A stretch of 64,000 nucleotides of DNA. It comes from Antedon mediterranea. Taxonomy: Eukaryota; Animalia; Echinodermata. The translations under genes were made by a program, and so were the position numbers. Each line of letters opens with the position of its first letter. The first letter of the stretch is position 1. The stretch spans positions 4,255,888 through 4,319,887 of the forward strand of contig NC_092676.1 in the NCBI RefSeq assembly GCF_964355755.1, read 5' to 3'. Positions 13,401-28,400 of the stretch are shown here, one piece after another. The notes beneath the pieces were generated by a model. That model was given only the letters and a program-made list of their open reading frames with translations. It ran no database searches and was not told the origin of the DNA.

Positions 13401-16400
13401 GTACTAGTACGTCACAGCCACGGATCACCAGCTGGACACTCTGGGAGACCAGTCTTTGACTGAAGAGGTCACCCAGTATAAATATATATTTCAATCAATC
13501 AATCCACGTCCCAGTTATATTACTCATTAAATGTTAAAATAAAAACGTTAAGCAATTTCAAGTTGTTACTCATCTTATAAAATAATGGGCAGTTTGTCAG
13601 AGTTGGAAAACAGAACCAGTTGTTATTTTTATTTGGTTTCAATCTCAAAATCATAATTTGAAATTTATTATCCATTTACACATTTTCATTCATCATTTAA
13701 TTTTATATCTGTTCATTTTATATCTGTTCATTTTATATCTGTTCATTTTATATCTGTTCATTTTATATCTGTTCATTTTATATCTGTTCATTTTATATCT
13801 GTTCATTTTATATCTGTTCATTTTATATCTGTTCATTTTATATCTGTTCATTTTATATCTGTTCATTTTATATCTGTTCATTTTATATCTGTTCATTTTA
13901 TATCTGTTCATTTTATATCTGTTCATTTTATATCTGTTCATTTTATATCTGTTCATTTTATATCTGTTCATTTTATATCTGTTCATTTTATATCTGTTCA
14001 TTTTAGTTCATTCAATTTTTACAAAACAGTAGACATAAATGTTAAAAGGTACCAGAAAATAATAAATAATAATGAAGATAATGTTATTTAGTGATGAAAG
14101 CTTAAAATGTTTCTATGGGCAGATATTATCTCATATTAAGATATACCTCATCATTTAATTATTCTTTATATTGAACAGATTTTAAATTTAGGAATAAAGT
14201 GTTTAATAGCAGTAATTAATAATACTATATTAGGTACCCTTACAATGGACGGGCGCCATCTTATGATTATTTTAAGGTTCGGGAATCAAAAAGATATTAC
14301 AGTAATATAATGTAATGTCCTGAGATACTTGTGTCAGATTTACATCAGCTATTCAAATAGACTTAACGAGAGTATAGCTTCACAGTGAGAGATATATCAA
14401 TATAAGAACTGATTTTAACTTGTACCTTTTGTTTCATTTAGTAAACATTAGACTTGTGAATGGCAGCAATATCAATGAGGGACGAGTTGAAGTTTACGAT
14501 GGTACAGAATGGGGTACAATATGTGATGATGGCTGGGAAATCAACGACGCTCAAGTTGTATGTCGACAATTAAGACTAGGACCAGCTACACAAGCTCCAA
14601 GGCAAGCTCATTTTGGTCAAGGGACTGGTCCGATTATGCTTGATGATGTTCAGTGTTCAGGAAGTGAGACATCTATCACAGACTGTCCTAATAATGGAAT
14701 GAGGGTACACAATTGTGAACATTCTGAGGATGCTAGTGTTATTTGTGGTAGGTAAAGTAGTAACTGTAAAAAGGATTAACACAGAAAACAACAATACTGT
14801 AAGGCCAAGACAACTTTTTTAACTAGGAAATGTTTATCCCAGTTGAAAAGGAAAATCAATTTTGTTTTGTTCATAAGCTAATCTTTTTAATATTTTTGTT
14901 TATTTCCACCATTTAAATTTTTATTCACGTCCCAGTTATATTCATTAAATGTTAAAATAAAAACGTCAAGAAATTTCAAGTTGCTACTCATTTTATAAAA
15001 TAATGGGCAGTTTGTCGGAGTTGGAAAACAGAACCAGTTGTAATTTTTATTTGGTTGCAATCTCAAAATCATATTTTGTTTAAGAAATGTATTGTCCATT
15101 TACACATATTCATTCATCATTTAATTTTATATCTGTTTATTTCAGTTCATTCAATTTTTACAAAACAGTAGACATAAATGTAAAAAGGTACCAGAAAATA
15201 ATAAATAAACTAATAATGAAGATAATGTTATTTAGTGATGAAAGCTTAAATGTTAAAAATATTTCTAAGGGCAGATATTATCTCATATTAAGATATACCT
15301 CATCGTTTAATTATTCTTTATATTGAACAGGTTTTAAATTTAGGAATAAATTGTTTAATAGCAGTAATTAATAATACTATATTAGGTACCCTTACAATGG
15401 ACGGGCGCCATCTTATGATTATTTTAAGGTTCGGGAATCAAAAAGATATTACAGTAATATAATGTAATGTCCTGAGTTACTTGTGTCAGATTTACATCAG
15501 CTATTCAAATAGACTTAACGAGAGTATAGCTTCACAGTGAGAGATATATCAATATAAAGAATTGATTTTAACTTGTACATTTTGTTTCATTTAGTAAACA
15601 TTAGACTTGTGAATGGCAGCAATATAAATGAGGGACGAGTGGAAGTTTACGATGGCACAGAATGGGGTACAATATGTGATAATGGCTGGGACATCAACGA
15701 CGTTCAAGTTGTATGTCGACAATTAAGACTAGGACCAGCTATCCAAGCTCCAAGACAAGCTTATTTTGGTCAAGGGACTGGTCCGATTATGCTTGATGAT
15801 GTTCAATGTTCAGGAACTGAGACATCCATCACAGACTGTCCTAATAATGGAATGAGGGTACACAATTGTGGACATTATGAGGTTGCTAGTGTTATTTGTG
15901 CAGGTAAAAACACACACACTAAATACAAACTTCGAATTCAAATTAATTTATTGTAACAAAGTAACCATTGTTGAACTTACAAAAAGTACAGGTATATAAA
16001 TATGAAAAATATAAATTCATGTACATCACCACCAAAATACATCAACATATTTACAAAGGCAGAAGTACATTATATAGTAATCTAATAGTTATTATTTTTT
16101 ATAAATTTATTTTGGTTCAAGTTCCAGTATTTATCTATCATAATTTAATAGATATTATAATAAAGTACAGAGTAGTGTTATTTACCGTGATAATCTAAAT
16201 ATAATAACAGTAATTATTATAATTAATTAATATTACATTTATAAAGAAACTTGTACATTTGTTTAATTTTAATAGTAAACATTAGACTTGTGGATGGCAG
16301 CAATTTCTATGAGGGGCGAGTTGAAGTTTACGATGGTACAGAATGGGGTACAATATGTGATAATGGCTGGGACATCAACGATGCTCAAGTTGTATGTCGA

Positions 16401-19400
16401 CAAATAAGACTAGAACAAGCTATCCAAGCTCCAGGGCAAGCTCATTTTGGTCAAGGGATTGGTCCGATTATGGTTGATAATGTTCAGTGTTCAGGAAGTG
16501 AGACATCTATCACAGACTGTCCTAATAATGGAATGAGGGCACACAATTGTGGACATTCTGAGGATGCTAGTGTTGTTTGTGGTAGGTAAAATAGTAACTG
16601 TATAAAAAGGATTAATAAATGCAGACAACAACAATACTGTAAGGCCAACACACTTTTTAAACTAGGAAATGTTAATATGTTTATCTCAGTTTAAAAGGAA
16701 AATGTCTTTTTTCATATTTTTGTTCATTGCCACCATTCAGACTTTGTGTCCTTTGTATCCTTACTTTGTGAGTGGCCGAGCGGTTAAGACAGTCGAACCG
16801 TAATTACGTAGCCATAACATCGGCAGGGGTTCGAGGCACACTCACTCCATGGTTGTGGTGGTAGAACGAGTCTTCTCGGATAAGGACTATAAACCGTAGG
16901 TCCAGTGTACACAACTAGCTCGTGTGCACTTTAAAGAACCTAGTACATCTTTCGAGACGAGTAGGGGTTACCCCGGTGTATTAGTACATCACAGCCACTG
17001 ATCACCAGCTGGACACTCTGGGAGACCAGTCTTTGACTGAAGAGGTCACCCAGTATAAATATATATTTCAATCAATCAATCCACGTCCCAGTTATATTAC
17101 TCATTAAATGTTAAAATAAAAACGTTAAGCAATTTCAAGTTGTTACTCATCTTATAAAATAATGGGCAGTTTGTCAGAGTTGGAAAACAGAACCAGTTGT
17201 TATTTTTATTTGGTTTCAATCTCAAAATCATAATTTGAAATTTATTATCCATTTACACATTTTCATTCATCATTTAATTTTATATCTGTTCATTTTATAT
17301 CTGTTCATTTTATATCTGTTCATTTTATATCTGTTCATTTTATATCTGTTCATTTTATATCTGTTCATTTTATATCTGTTCATTTTATATCTGTTCATTT
17401 TATATCTGTTCATTTTATATCTGTTCATTTTATATCTGTTCATTTTATATCTGTTCATTTTATATCTGTTCATTTTATATCTGTTCATTTTATATCTGTT
17501 CATTTTATATCTGTTCATTTTAGTTCATTCAATTTTTACAAAACAGTAGACATAAATGTTAAAAGGTACCAGAAAATAATAAATAATAATGAAGATAATG
17601 TTATTTAGTGATGAAAGCTTAAAATGTTTCTATGGGCAGATATTATCTCATATTAAGATATACCTCATCATTTAATTATTCTTTATATTGAACAGATTTT
17701 AAATTTAGGAATAAAGTGTTTAATAGCAGTAATTAATAATACTATATTAGGTACCCTTACAATGGACGGGCGCCATCTTATGATTATTTTAAGGTTCGGG
17801 AATCAAAAAGATATTACAGTAATATAATGTAATGTCCTGAGATACTTGTGTCAGATTTACATCAGCTATTCAAATAGACTTAACGAGAGTATAGCTTCAC
17901 AGTGAGAGATATATCAATATAAGAACTGATTTTAACTTGTACCTTTTGTTTCATTTAGTAAACATTAGACTTGTGAATGGCAGCAATATCAATGAGGGAC
18001 GAGTTGAAGTTTACGATGGTACAGAATGGGGTACAATATGTGATGATGGCTGGGAAATCAACGACGCTCAAGTTGTATGTCGACAATTAAGACTAGGACC
18101 AGCTACACAAGCTCCAAGGCAAGCTCATTTTGGTCAAGGGACTGGTCCGATTATGCTTGATGATGTTCAGTGTTCAGGAAGTGAGACATCTATCACAGAC
18201 TGTCCTAATAATGGAATGAGGGTACACAATTGTGAACATTCTGAGGATGCTAGTGTTATTTGTGGTAGGTAAAGTAGTAACTGTAAAAAGGATTAACACA
18301 GAAAACAACAATACTGTAAGGCCAAGACAACTTTTTTAACTAGGAAATGTTTATCCCAGTTGAAAAGGAAAATCAATTTTGTTTTGTTCATAAGCTAATC
18401 TTTTTAATATTTTTGTTTATTTCCACCATTTAAATTTTTATTCACGTCCCAGTTATATTCATTAAATGTTAAAATAAAAACGTCAAGAAATTTCAAGTTG
18501 CTACTCATTTTATAAAATAATGGGCAGTTTGTCGGAGTTGGAAAACAGAACCAGTTGTAATTTTTATTTGGTTGCAATCTCAAAATCATATTTTGTTTAA
18601 GAAATGTATTGTCCATTTACACATATTCATTCATCATTTAATTTTATATCTGTTTATTTCAGTTCATTCAATTTTTACAAAACAGTAGACATAAATGTAA
18701 AAAGGTACCAGAAAATAATAAATAAACTAATAATGAAGATAATGTTATTTAGTGATGAAAGCTTAAATGTTAAAAATATTTCTAAGGGCAGATATTATCT
18801 CATATTAAGATATACCTCATCGTTTAATTATTCTTTATATTGAACAGGTTTTAAATTTAGGAATAAATTGTTTAATAGCAGTAATTAATAATACTATATT
18901 AGGTACCCTTACAATGGACGGGCGCCATCTTATGATTATTTTAAGGTTCGGGAATCAAAAAGATATTACAGTAATATAATGTAATGTCCTGAGTTACTTG
19001 TGTCAGATTTACATCAGCTATTCAAATAGACTTAACGAGAGTATAGCTTCACAGTGAGAGATATATCAATATAAAGAATTGATTTTAACTTGTACATTTT
19101 GTTTCATTTAGTAAACATTAGACTTGTGAATGGCAGCAATATAAATGAGGGACGAGTGGAAGTTTACGATGGCACAGAATGGGGTACAATATGTGATAAT
19201 GGCTGGGACATCAACGACGTTCAAGTTGTATGTCGACAATTAAGACTAGGACCAGCTATCCAAGCTCCAAGACAAGCTTATTTTGGTCAAGGGACTGGTC
19301 CGATTATGCTTGATGATGTTCAATGTTCAGGAACTGAGACATCCATCACAGACTGTCCTAATAATGGAATGAGGGTACACAATTGTGGACATTATGAGGT

Positions 19401-22400
19401 TGCTAGTGTTATTTGTGCAGGTAAAAACACACACACTAAATACAAACTTCGAATTCAAATTAATTTATTGTAACAAAGTAACCATTGTTGAACTTACAAA
19501 AAGTACAGGTATATAAATATGAAAAATATAAATTCATGTACATCACCACCAAAATACATCAACATATTTACAAAGGCAGAAGTACATTATATAGTAATCT
19601 AATAGTTATTATTTTTTATAAATTTATTTTGGTTCAAGTTCCAGTATTTATCTATCATAATTTAATAGATATTATAATAAAGTACAGAGTAGTGTTATTT
19701 ACCGTGATAATCTAAATATAATAACAGTAATTATTATAATTAATTAATATTACATTTATAAAGAAACTTGTACATTTGTTTAATTTTAATAGTAAACATT
19801 AGACTTGTGGATGGCAGCAATTTCTATGAGGGGCGAGTTGAAGTTTACGATGGTACAGAATGGGGTACAATATGTGATAATGGCTGGGACATCAACGATG
19901 CTCAAGTTGTATGTCGACAAATAAGACTAGAACAAGCTATCCAAGCTCCAGGGCAAGCTCATTTTGGTCAAGGGATTGGTCCGATTATGGTTGATAATGT
20001 TCAGTGTTCAGGAAGTGAGACATCTATCACAGACTGTCCTAATAATGGAATGAGGGCACACAATTGTGGACATTCTGAGGATGCTAGTGTTGTTTGTGGT
20101 AGGTAAAATAGTAACTGTATAAAAAGGATTAATAAATGCAGACAACAACAATACTGTAAGGCCAACACACTTTTTAAACTAGGAAATGTTAATATGTTTA
20201 TCTCAGTTTAAAAGGAAAATGTCTTTTTTCATATTTTTGTTCATTGCCACCATTCAGACTTTGTGTCCTTTGTATCCTTACTTTGTGAGTGGCCGAGCGG
20301 TTAAGACAGTCGAACCGTAATTACGTAGCCATAACATCGGCAGGGGTTCGAGGCACACTCACTCCATGGTTGTGGTGGTAGAACGAGTCTTCTCGGATAA
20401 GGACTATAAACCGTAGGTCCAGTGTACACAACTAGCTCGTGTGCACTTTAAAGAACCTAGTACATCTTTCGAGACGAGTAGGGGTTACCCCGGTGTATTA
20501 GTACATCACAGCCACTGATCACCAGCTGGACACTCTGGGAGACCAGTCTTTGACTGAAGAGGTCACCCAGTATAAATATATATTTCAATCAATCAATCCA
20601 CGTCCCAGTTATATTACTCATTAAATGTTAAAATAAAAACGTTAAGCAATTTCAAGTTGTTACTCATCTTATAAAATAATGGGCAGTTTGTCAGAGTTGG
20701 AAAACAGAACCAGTTGTTATTTTTATTTGGTTTCAATCTCAAAATCATAATTTGAAATTTATTATCCATTTACACATTTTCATTCATCATTTAATTTTAT
20801 ATCTGTTCATTTTATATCTGTTCATTTTATATCTGTTCATTTTATATCTGTTCATTTTATATCTGTTCATTTTATATCTGTTCATTTTATATCTGTTCAT
20901 TTTATATCTGTTCATTTTATATCTGTTCATTTTATATCTGTTCATTTTATATCTGTTCATTTTATATCTGTTCATTTTATATCTGTTCATTTTATATCTG
21001 TTCATTTTATATCTGTTCATTTTATATCTGTTCATTTTAGTTCATTCAATTTTTACAAAACAGTAGACATAAATGTTAAAAGGTACCAGAAAATAATAAA
21101 TAATAATGAAGATAATGTTATTTAGTGATGAAAGCTTAAAATGTTTCTATGGGCAGATATTATCTCATATTAAGATATACCTCATCATTTAATTATTCTT
21201 TATATTGAACAGATTTTAAATTTAGGAATAAAGTGTTTAATAGCAGTAATTAATAATACTATATTAGGTACCCTTACAATGGACGGGCGCCATCTTATGA
21301 TTATTTTAAGGTTCGGGAATCAAAAAGATATTACAGTAATATAATGTAATGTCCTGAGATACTTGTGTCAGATTTACATCAGCTATTCAAATAGACTTAA
21401 CGAGAGTATAGCTTCACAGTGAGAGATATATCAATATAAGAACTGATTTTAACTTGTACCTTTTGTTTCATTTAGTAAACATTAGACTTGTGAATGGCAG
21501 CAATATCAATGAGGGACGAGTTGAAGTTTACGATGGTACAGAATGGGGTACAATATGTGATGATGGCTGGGAAATCAACGACGCTCAAGTTGTATGTCGA
21601 CAATTAAGACTAGGACCAGCTACACAAGCTCCAAGGCAAGCTCATTTTGGTCAAGGGACTGGTCCGATTATGCTTGATGATGTTCAGTGTTCAGGAAGTG
21701 AGACATCTATCACAGACTGTCCTAATAATGGAATGAGGGTACACAATTGTGAACATTCTGAGGATGCTAGTGTTATTTGTGGTAGGTAAAGTAGTAACTG
21801 TAAAAAGGATTAACACAGAAAACAACAATACTGTAAGGCCAAGACAACTTTTTTAACTAGGAAATGTTTATCCCAGTTGAAAAGGAAAATCAATTTTGTT
21901 TTGTTCATAAGCTAATCTTTTTAATATTTTTGTTTATTTCCACCATTTAAATTTTTATTCACGTCCCAGTTATATTCATTAAATGTTAAAATAAAAACGT
22001 CAAGAAATTTCAAGTTGCTACTCATTTTATAAAATAATGGGCAGTTTGTCGGAGTTGGAAAACAGAACCAGTTGTAATTTTTATTTGGTTGCAATCTCAA
22101 AATCATATTTTGTTTAAGAAATGTATTGTCCATTTACACATATTCATTCATCATTTAATTTTATATCTGTTTATTTCAGTTCATTCAATTTTTACAAAAC
22201 AGTAGACATAAATGTAAAAAGGTACCAGAAAATAATAAATAAACTAATAATGAAGATAATGTTATTTAGTGATGAAAGCTTAAATGTTAAAAATATTTCT
22301 AAGGGCAGATATTATCTCATATTAAGATATACCTCATCGTTTAATTATTCTTTATATTGAACAGGTTTTAAATTTAGGAATAAATTGTTTAATAGCAGTA

Positions 22401-25400
22401 ATTAATAATACTATATTAGGTACCCTTACAATGGACGGGCGCCATCTTATGATTATTTTAAGGTTCGGGAATCAAAAAGATATTACAGTAATATAATGTA
22501 ATGTCCTGAGTTACTTGTGTCAGATTTACATCAGCTATTCAAATAGACTTAACGAGAGTATAGCTTCACAGTGAGAGATATATCAATATAAAGAATTGAT
22601 TTTAACTTGTACATTTTGTTTCATTTAGTAAACATTAGACTTGTGAATGGCAGCAATATAAATGAGGGACGAGTGGAAGTTTACGATGGTACAGAATGGG
22701 GTACAATATGTGATGATGGCTGGGACATCAACGACGTTCAAGTTGTATGTCGACAATTAAGACTAGGACCAGCTATCCAAGCTCCAAGACAAGCTTATTT
22801 TGGTCAAGGGACTGGTCCGATTATGCTTGATGATGTTCAATGTTCAGGAACTGAGACATCCATCACAGACTGTCCTAATAATGGAATGAGGGTACACAAT
22901 TGTGGACATTATGAGGTTGCTAGTGTTATTTGTGCAGGTAAAAACACACACACTAAATACAAACTTCGAATTCAAATTAATTTATTGTAACAAAGTAACC
23001 ATTGTTGAACTTACAAAAAGTACAGGTATATAAATATGAAAAATATAAATTCATGTACATTACCACCAAAATACATCAACATATTTACAAAGGCAGAAGT
23101 ACATTATATAGTAATCTAATAGTTATTATTTTTTATAAATTTATTTTGGTTCAAGTTCCAGTATTTATCTATCATAATTTAATAGATATTATAATAAAGT
23201 ACAGAGTAGTGTTATTTACCGTGATAATCTAAATATAATAACAGTAATTATTATAATTAATTAATATTACATTTATAAAGAAACTTGTACATTTGTTTAA
23301 TTTTAATAGTAAACATTAGACTTGTGGATGGCAGCAATTTCTATGAGGGGCGAGTTGAAGTTTACGATGGTACAGAATGGGGTACAATATGTGATAATGG
23401 CTGGGACATCAACGATGCTCAAGTTGTATGTCGACAAATAAGACTAGAACAAGCTATCCAAGCTCCAGGGCAAGCTCATTTTGGTCAAGGGATTGGTCCG
23501 ATTATGGTTGATAATGTTCAGTGTTCAGGAAGTGAGACATCTATCACAGACTGTCCTAATAATGGAATGAGGGCACACAATTGTGGACATTCTGAGGATG
23601 CTAGTGTTGTTTGTGGTAGGTAAAATAGTAACTGTATAAAAAGGATTAATAAATGCAGACAACAACAATACTGTAAGGCCAACACACTTTTTAAACTAGG
23701 AAATGTTAATATGTTTATCTCAGTTTAAAAGGAAAATGTCTTTTTTCATATTTTTGTTCATTGCCACCATTCAGACTTTGTGTCCTTTGTATCCTTACTT
23801 TGTGAGTGGCCGAGCGGTTAAGACAGTCGAACCGTAATTACGTAGCCATAACATCGGCAGGGGTTCGAGGCACACTCACTCCATGGTTGTGGTGGTAGAA
23901 CGAGTCTTCTCGGATAAGGACTATAAACCGTAGGTCCAGTGTACACAACTAGCTCGTGTGCACTTTAAAGAACCTAGTACATCTTTCGAGACGAGTAGGG
24001 GTTACCCCGGTGTATTAGTACATCACAGCCACTGATCACCAGCTGGACACTCTGGGAGACCAGTCTTTGACTGAAGAGGTCACCCAGTATAAATATATAT
24101 TTCAATCAATCAATCCACGTCCCAGTTATATTACTCATTAAATGTTAAAATAAAAACGTTAAGCAATTTCAAGCTGTTTCTCATCTTATAAAATAATGGG
24201 CAGTTTGTCAGAGTTGGAAAACAGAACCAGTTTATTTTTTATTTGGTTGCAATCTTAAAATCATAATTTGTTTAAGAAATGTATTATCCATTTACACATA
24301 TTCATTCATCATTTAATTTTATATCTGTTTATTTCAGTTCATTTAATTTTTACAAAACAGTAGACATAAATGTAAAAAGGTACCAGAAAATAATAAATAA
24401 TAATGAAGATAATGTTATTTAGTGATGAAAGCTTAAAATGTTTCTATGGGCAGATATTATTTCATATTAAGATATACCTCATCATTTAATCATCCTTTAT
24501 ATTGAACAGGTTTTAAATTTAGTTTTAAACTGTTTAATAGCAGTAATTAATGATACTATATTAGGTACCCTTACAATGGACGGGCGCCATCTTATGATTA
24601 TTTTAAGGTTCGGGAATAAAAAATATTACAGTAATATAATGTAATGTCTTGAGATACTTGTGTCAGATTTACATCAGCTATTCAAATAGACTTAACGAGA
24701 GTATAGCTTCACAGTGAGAGATATATCAATATAAAGAACTGATTTTAACTTGTACCTTTTGTTTCATTTAGTAAACATTAGACTTGTGAATGGCAGCAAT
24801 ATTTATGAGGGACGAGTTGAAGTTTACGATGGCACAGAATGGGGTACAATATGTGATAATAGCTGGGACATCAACGACGCTCAAGTTGTATGTCGACAAT
24901 TAAGACTAGGACCAGCTATCCAAGCTCCAAGGCAAGCTCATTTTGGTCAAGGGACTGGTCCGATTATGCTTGATGATGTTCAGTGTTCAGGAAGTGAGAC
25001 ATCTATCACAGGCTGTCCTGATAATGGAATGAGGGTACACGAGTGTGGACATTCTAAGGATGCTAGTGTTATTTGTACAGGTAAAAATACACACACTAAA
25101 TACAAACTTCGAATTCAAATTAATTTATTGCAACAGATTAAACATTGTTGAACTTACAAAAGTACAGGTAAAACATTAATAAATATGAAAAATACAAATT
25201 CACATACATGAAAAATACATCAACATATTTACAAAGGCAAAAGTAAATTATTTAGTAATCTAATAGTTATTATTTTTTATTTATTTATTTTGGTTCAAGT
25301 TCCGGTATATTTATTTATCATAATTTAATAGATATTATAATATAGTACAGAAGTAGTGTTATTTATCTAATTGTCATATTTGATAATTTAAAGATTATAA

Positions 25401-28400
25401 CAGTAATTAATATAATTAATTAATATTACATTTATAAAGAAACTTGTACATTTGTTTAATTTTAATAGTAAACTATATTAGATTTGTGAATGGCAGCAAT
25501 ATCTATGAGTTGAAAAGTAAAATCAATTTTGTTTTGTTCATAAGCTAATCTTTTCAATATTTTTGTTCATTGCCACCATTCACACTTTGTATCCATGTCC
25601 CAATTATATTACTCATTAAATGTTAAAATAAAAACGTTAAGAAATTTCAAGTTGCTTCTCATCTTATAAAATACTAGGCAGTTTGTCAGAGTTGGAAAAC
25701 AGAACCAGTTAATTTTTTATTTAGTTGCAATCTCAAAATCATAATTTGGTTAAGAAATTTATTATCCATTTACACATTTTCATTCATCATTTCATTTAAC
25801 TAAGTACAGAGTAGTGTTATTTACCGTGATAATCTAAAGATAATAACAGTAATTATTATAATTAATTAATATTACATTTATAAAGAAACTTGTACATTTG
25901 TTTAATTTTAATAGTAAACATTAGACTTGTGGATGGCAGCAATATTTTTGAGGGGCGAGTTGAAGTTTACGATGGTACAGAATGGGGTACAATATGTGAT
26001 GATGACTGGGACATCAACGACGCTCAGGTTGTATGTCGACAATTAAGACTAGGACAAGCTATCCAAGCTCCAAAGCGAGCTCATTTTGGCCAAGGGACTG
26101 GTCCGATTATGCTTGATAATGTTCAGTGTTCAGGAAGTGAGACATTTATCACAGGCTGTCTTAATAGAGGAATGAGGGTACACAATTGTGGACATTCTGA
26201 GGATGCTAGTGTTATTTGTGGAGGTAAAGTAGCAACTGTAAAAAGGATTAACACAGAAAACAACAATACTCTAAGGCCAAGACACTTTTTTAACTAGGAA
26301 ATGTCAATATGTTTATCTCAGTTTAAAAGGAAAATGTGTTTTTTTCATATTTTTGTTCATTGCCACCATTCAGACTTTGTGTCCTTTGTATCCTTACTTT
26401 GTGAGTGGCCGAGCGGTTAAGACAGTCGAACCGTAATTACGTAGCCATAACATCGGCAGGGGTTCGAGGCTCACTCACTCCATGGTTGTGGTGGTAGAAC
26501 GAGTCTTCTCGGATAAGGACTATAAACCGTAGGTCCAGTGTACACATCTAGCTCGTGTGCACTTTAAATAACCTAGTACATCTTTCGAGACGAGTAGGGG
26601 GTTACCCCGGTGTACTAGTACGTCACAGCCACTGATCACCAGCTGGACACTCTGGGAGACCAGTCTTTGACTGAAGAGGTCACCCAGTATAAATATATAT
26701 TTCAATCAATCAATCCACGTCCCAGTTATATTACTCATTAAATGTTAAAATAAAAACGTTAAGCAATTTCAAGTTGCTACTCATCTTATAAAATAATGGG
26801 CAGTTTGTCAGAGTTGGAAAACAGAAACAGTTGTAATTTTTATTTGGTTTCAATCTCAAAATCATAATTTGTTTAAGAAATGTATTATCCATTTACACAT
26901 TTTCCTTCATCATTTAATTTTATATCTGTTCATTTCAGTTCATTCAATTTTTACAAAACAGTAGACAGAAATGTAAAAAGGTACCAGAAAATAATAAATA
27001 AACTAATAATGAAGATAATGTTATTTAGAGATGAAAGCTTAAAATACAAAAAATAGTATTTTTCTATGGGCAGATATTATCTCATATTAAGATATACCTC
27101 ATCGTTTAATCATCCTCTATTGAACAGGTTTTAAATTTAGGAATAAACTGTTTAATAGCAGTAATTAATAATACTATATTAGGTACCCTTGCAATGGACG
27201 GGCGCCATCTTATGATTATTTTAAGGTTCGGGAATAAAAAAGATATTACAGTAATATAATGTAATGTCCTGAGATACTTGTGTCAGATTTACATCAGCTA
27301 TTCAAATAGACTTAACGAGAGTATAGCTTCACAGTGAGAGAGATATCATATATCATATAGTACAGTAGTTGTATTAGTGTAGTCGCTAACGTCCTGAATT
27401 GCTTACGTCAGATATACATCAGCAATTCAAATAGACTTAACGAGTGTATAGCTTCACAGTGAGAGATATATCAATATAAAGAACTGATTTTAACTTGTAC
27501 ATTTGTTTCATTTAGTAAACATTAGACTTGTGAATGGCAGCAATTTCTATGAGGGACGAGTTGAAGTTTACGATGGCACAGAATGGGGTACAATATGTGA
27601 TAATGTCTGGGACATCAACGACGCTCAAGTTGTTTGTCGACAATTAAGACTAGGACCAGCTATCCAAGCTCCAGGGCGAGCTTATTTTGGTCAAGGGACT
27701 GGTCCGATTATACTTGATAATGTTCAATGTTCAGGAAATGAGACATCTATCACAGACTGTCCTAATAATGGAATAAGGGTACACGATTGTGGACATTATG
27801 AGGATGCTAGTGTTATTTGTCAAGGTAGGGAAAATACACACACACACAATACAAACTTCGAATTCAAATTAATTTATTGCAACTGAGTAAACATTGTTGA
27901 ACTTACAAAAGTACTGGTAAAACATTAATAAATATGAAAAATACAAATTCACATACATGAAAAATACATCAACATATTTACAAAGGCAAAAGTAAATTAT
28001 ATAGTAATCTAATAGTTATTTTTTATTTATTTATTTTGGTTCAAGTTCCGGTACATTTATTTATCATAATTTAATATATATTATACAGTAATAAAGTACA
28101 GGAGGAGTGTTATTCTAATTGTCATTATTTGATAATTTAAAGATTATAAAAGTAATTAATATAATTATTTAATATTACATTTATTAAGAAACTTGTACAT
28201 TTGTTTAATTTTAATAGTAAACATTAGACTTGTGGATGGCAGCAATATTTATGAGGGGCGAGTTGAAGTTTACGATGGTACAGAATGGGGTACAATATGT
28301 GAGGATGACTGGGACATTAACGACGCTCAGGTTGTATGTCAACAATTAAGACTAGGACAAGCTATCCAAGCTCCAGTGCGAGCTTATTTTGGTCGAGGGA

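Larger units (their letters stand above)
13010..24290 (+). repeat. 3517-bp higher-order repeat (three SRCR exons + SINE + minisatellite), about three copies
   Basis: ORF coordinates recur at +3517 (14420/17937/21454; 16251/19768/23285). Confidence 0.95.

Noticed and set aside
13455-13480. CTGAAGA in the SINE tail as a hammerhead core
   Set aside because: No GAAA or stem II/III follows; it fits a LINE-type 3' stem-loop better.
13658-14032. (LFILY)n / (MNRYK)n ORFs, also at 17235 and 20752, and (ISVHF)n at 28950
   Set aside because: Translations of a stop-free 15-bp intronic minisatellite that is a single unit in sister introns.
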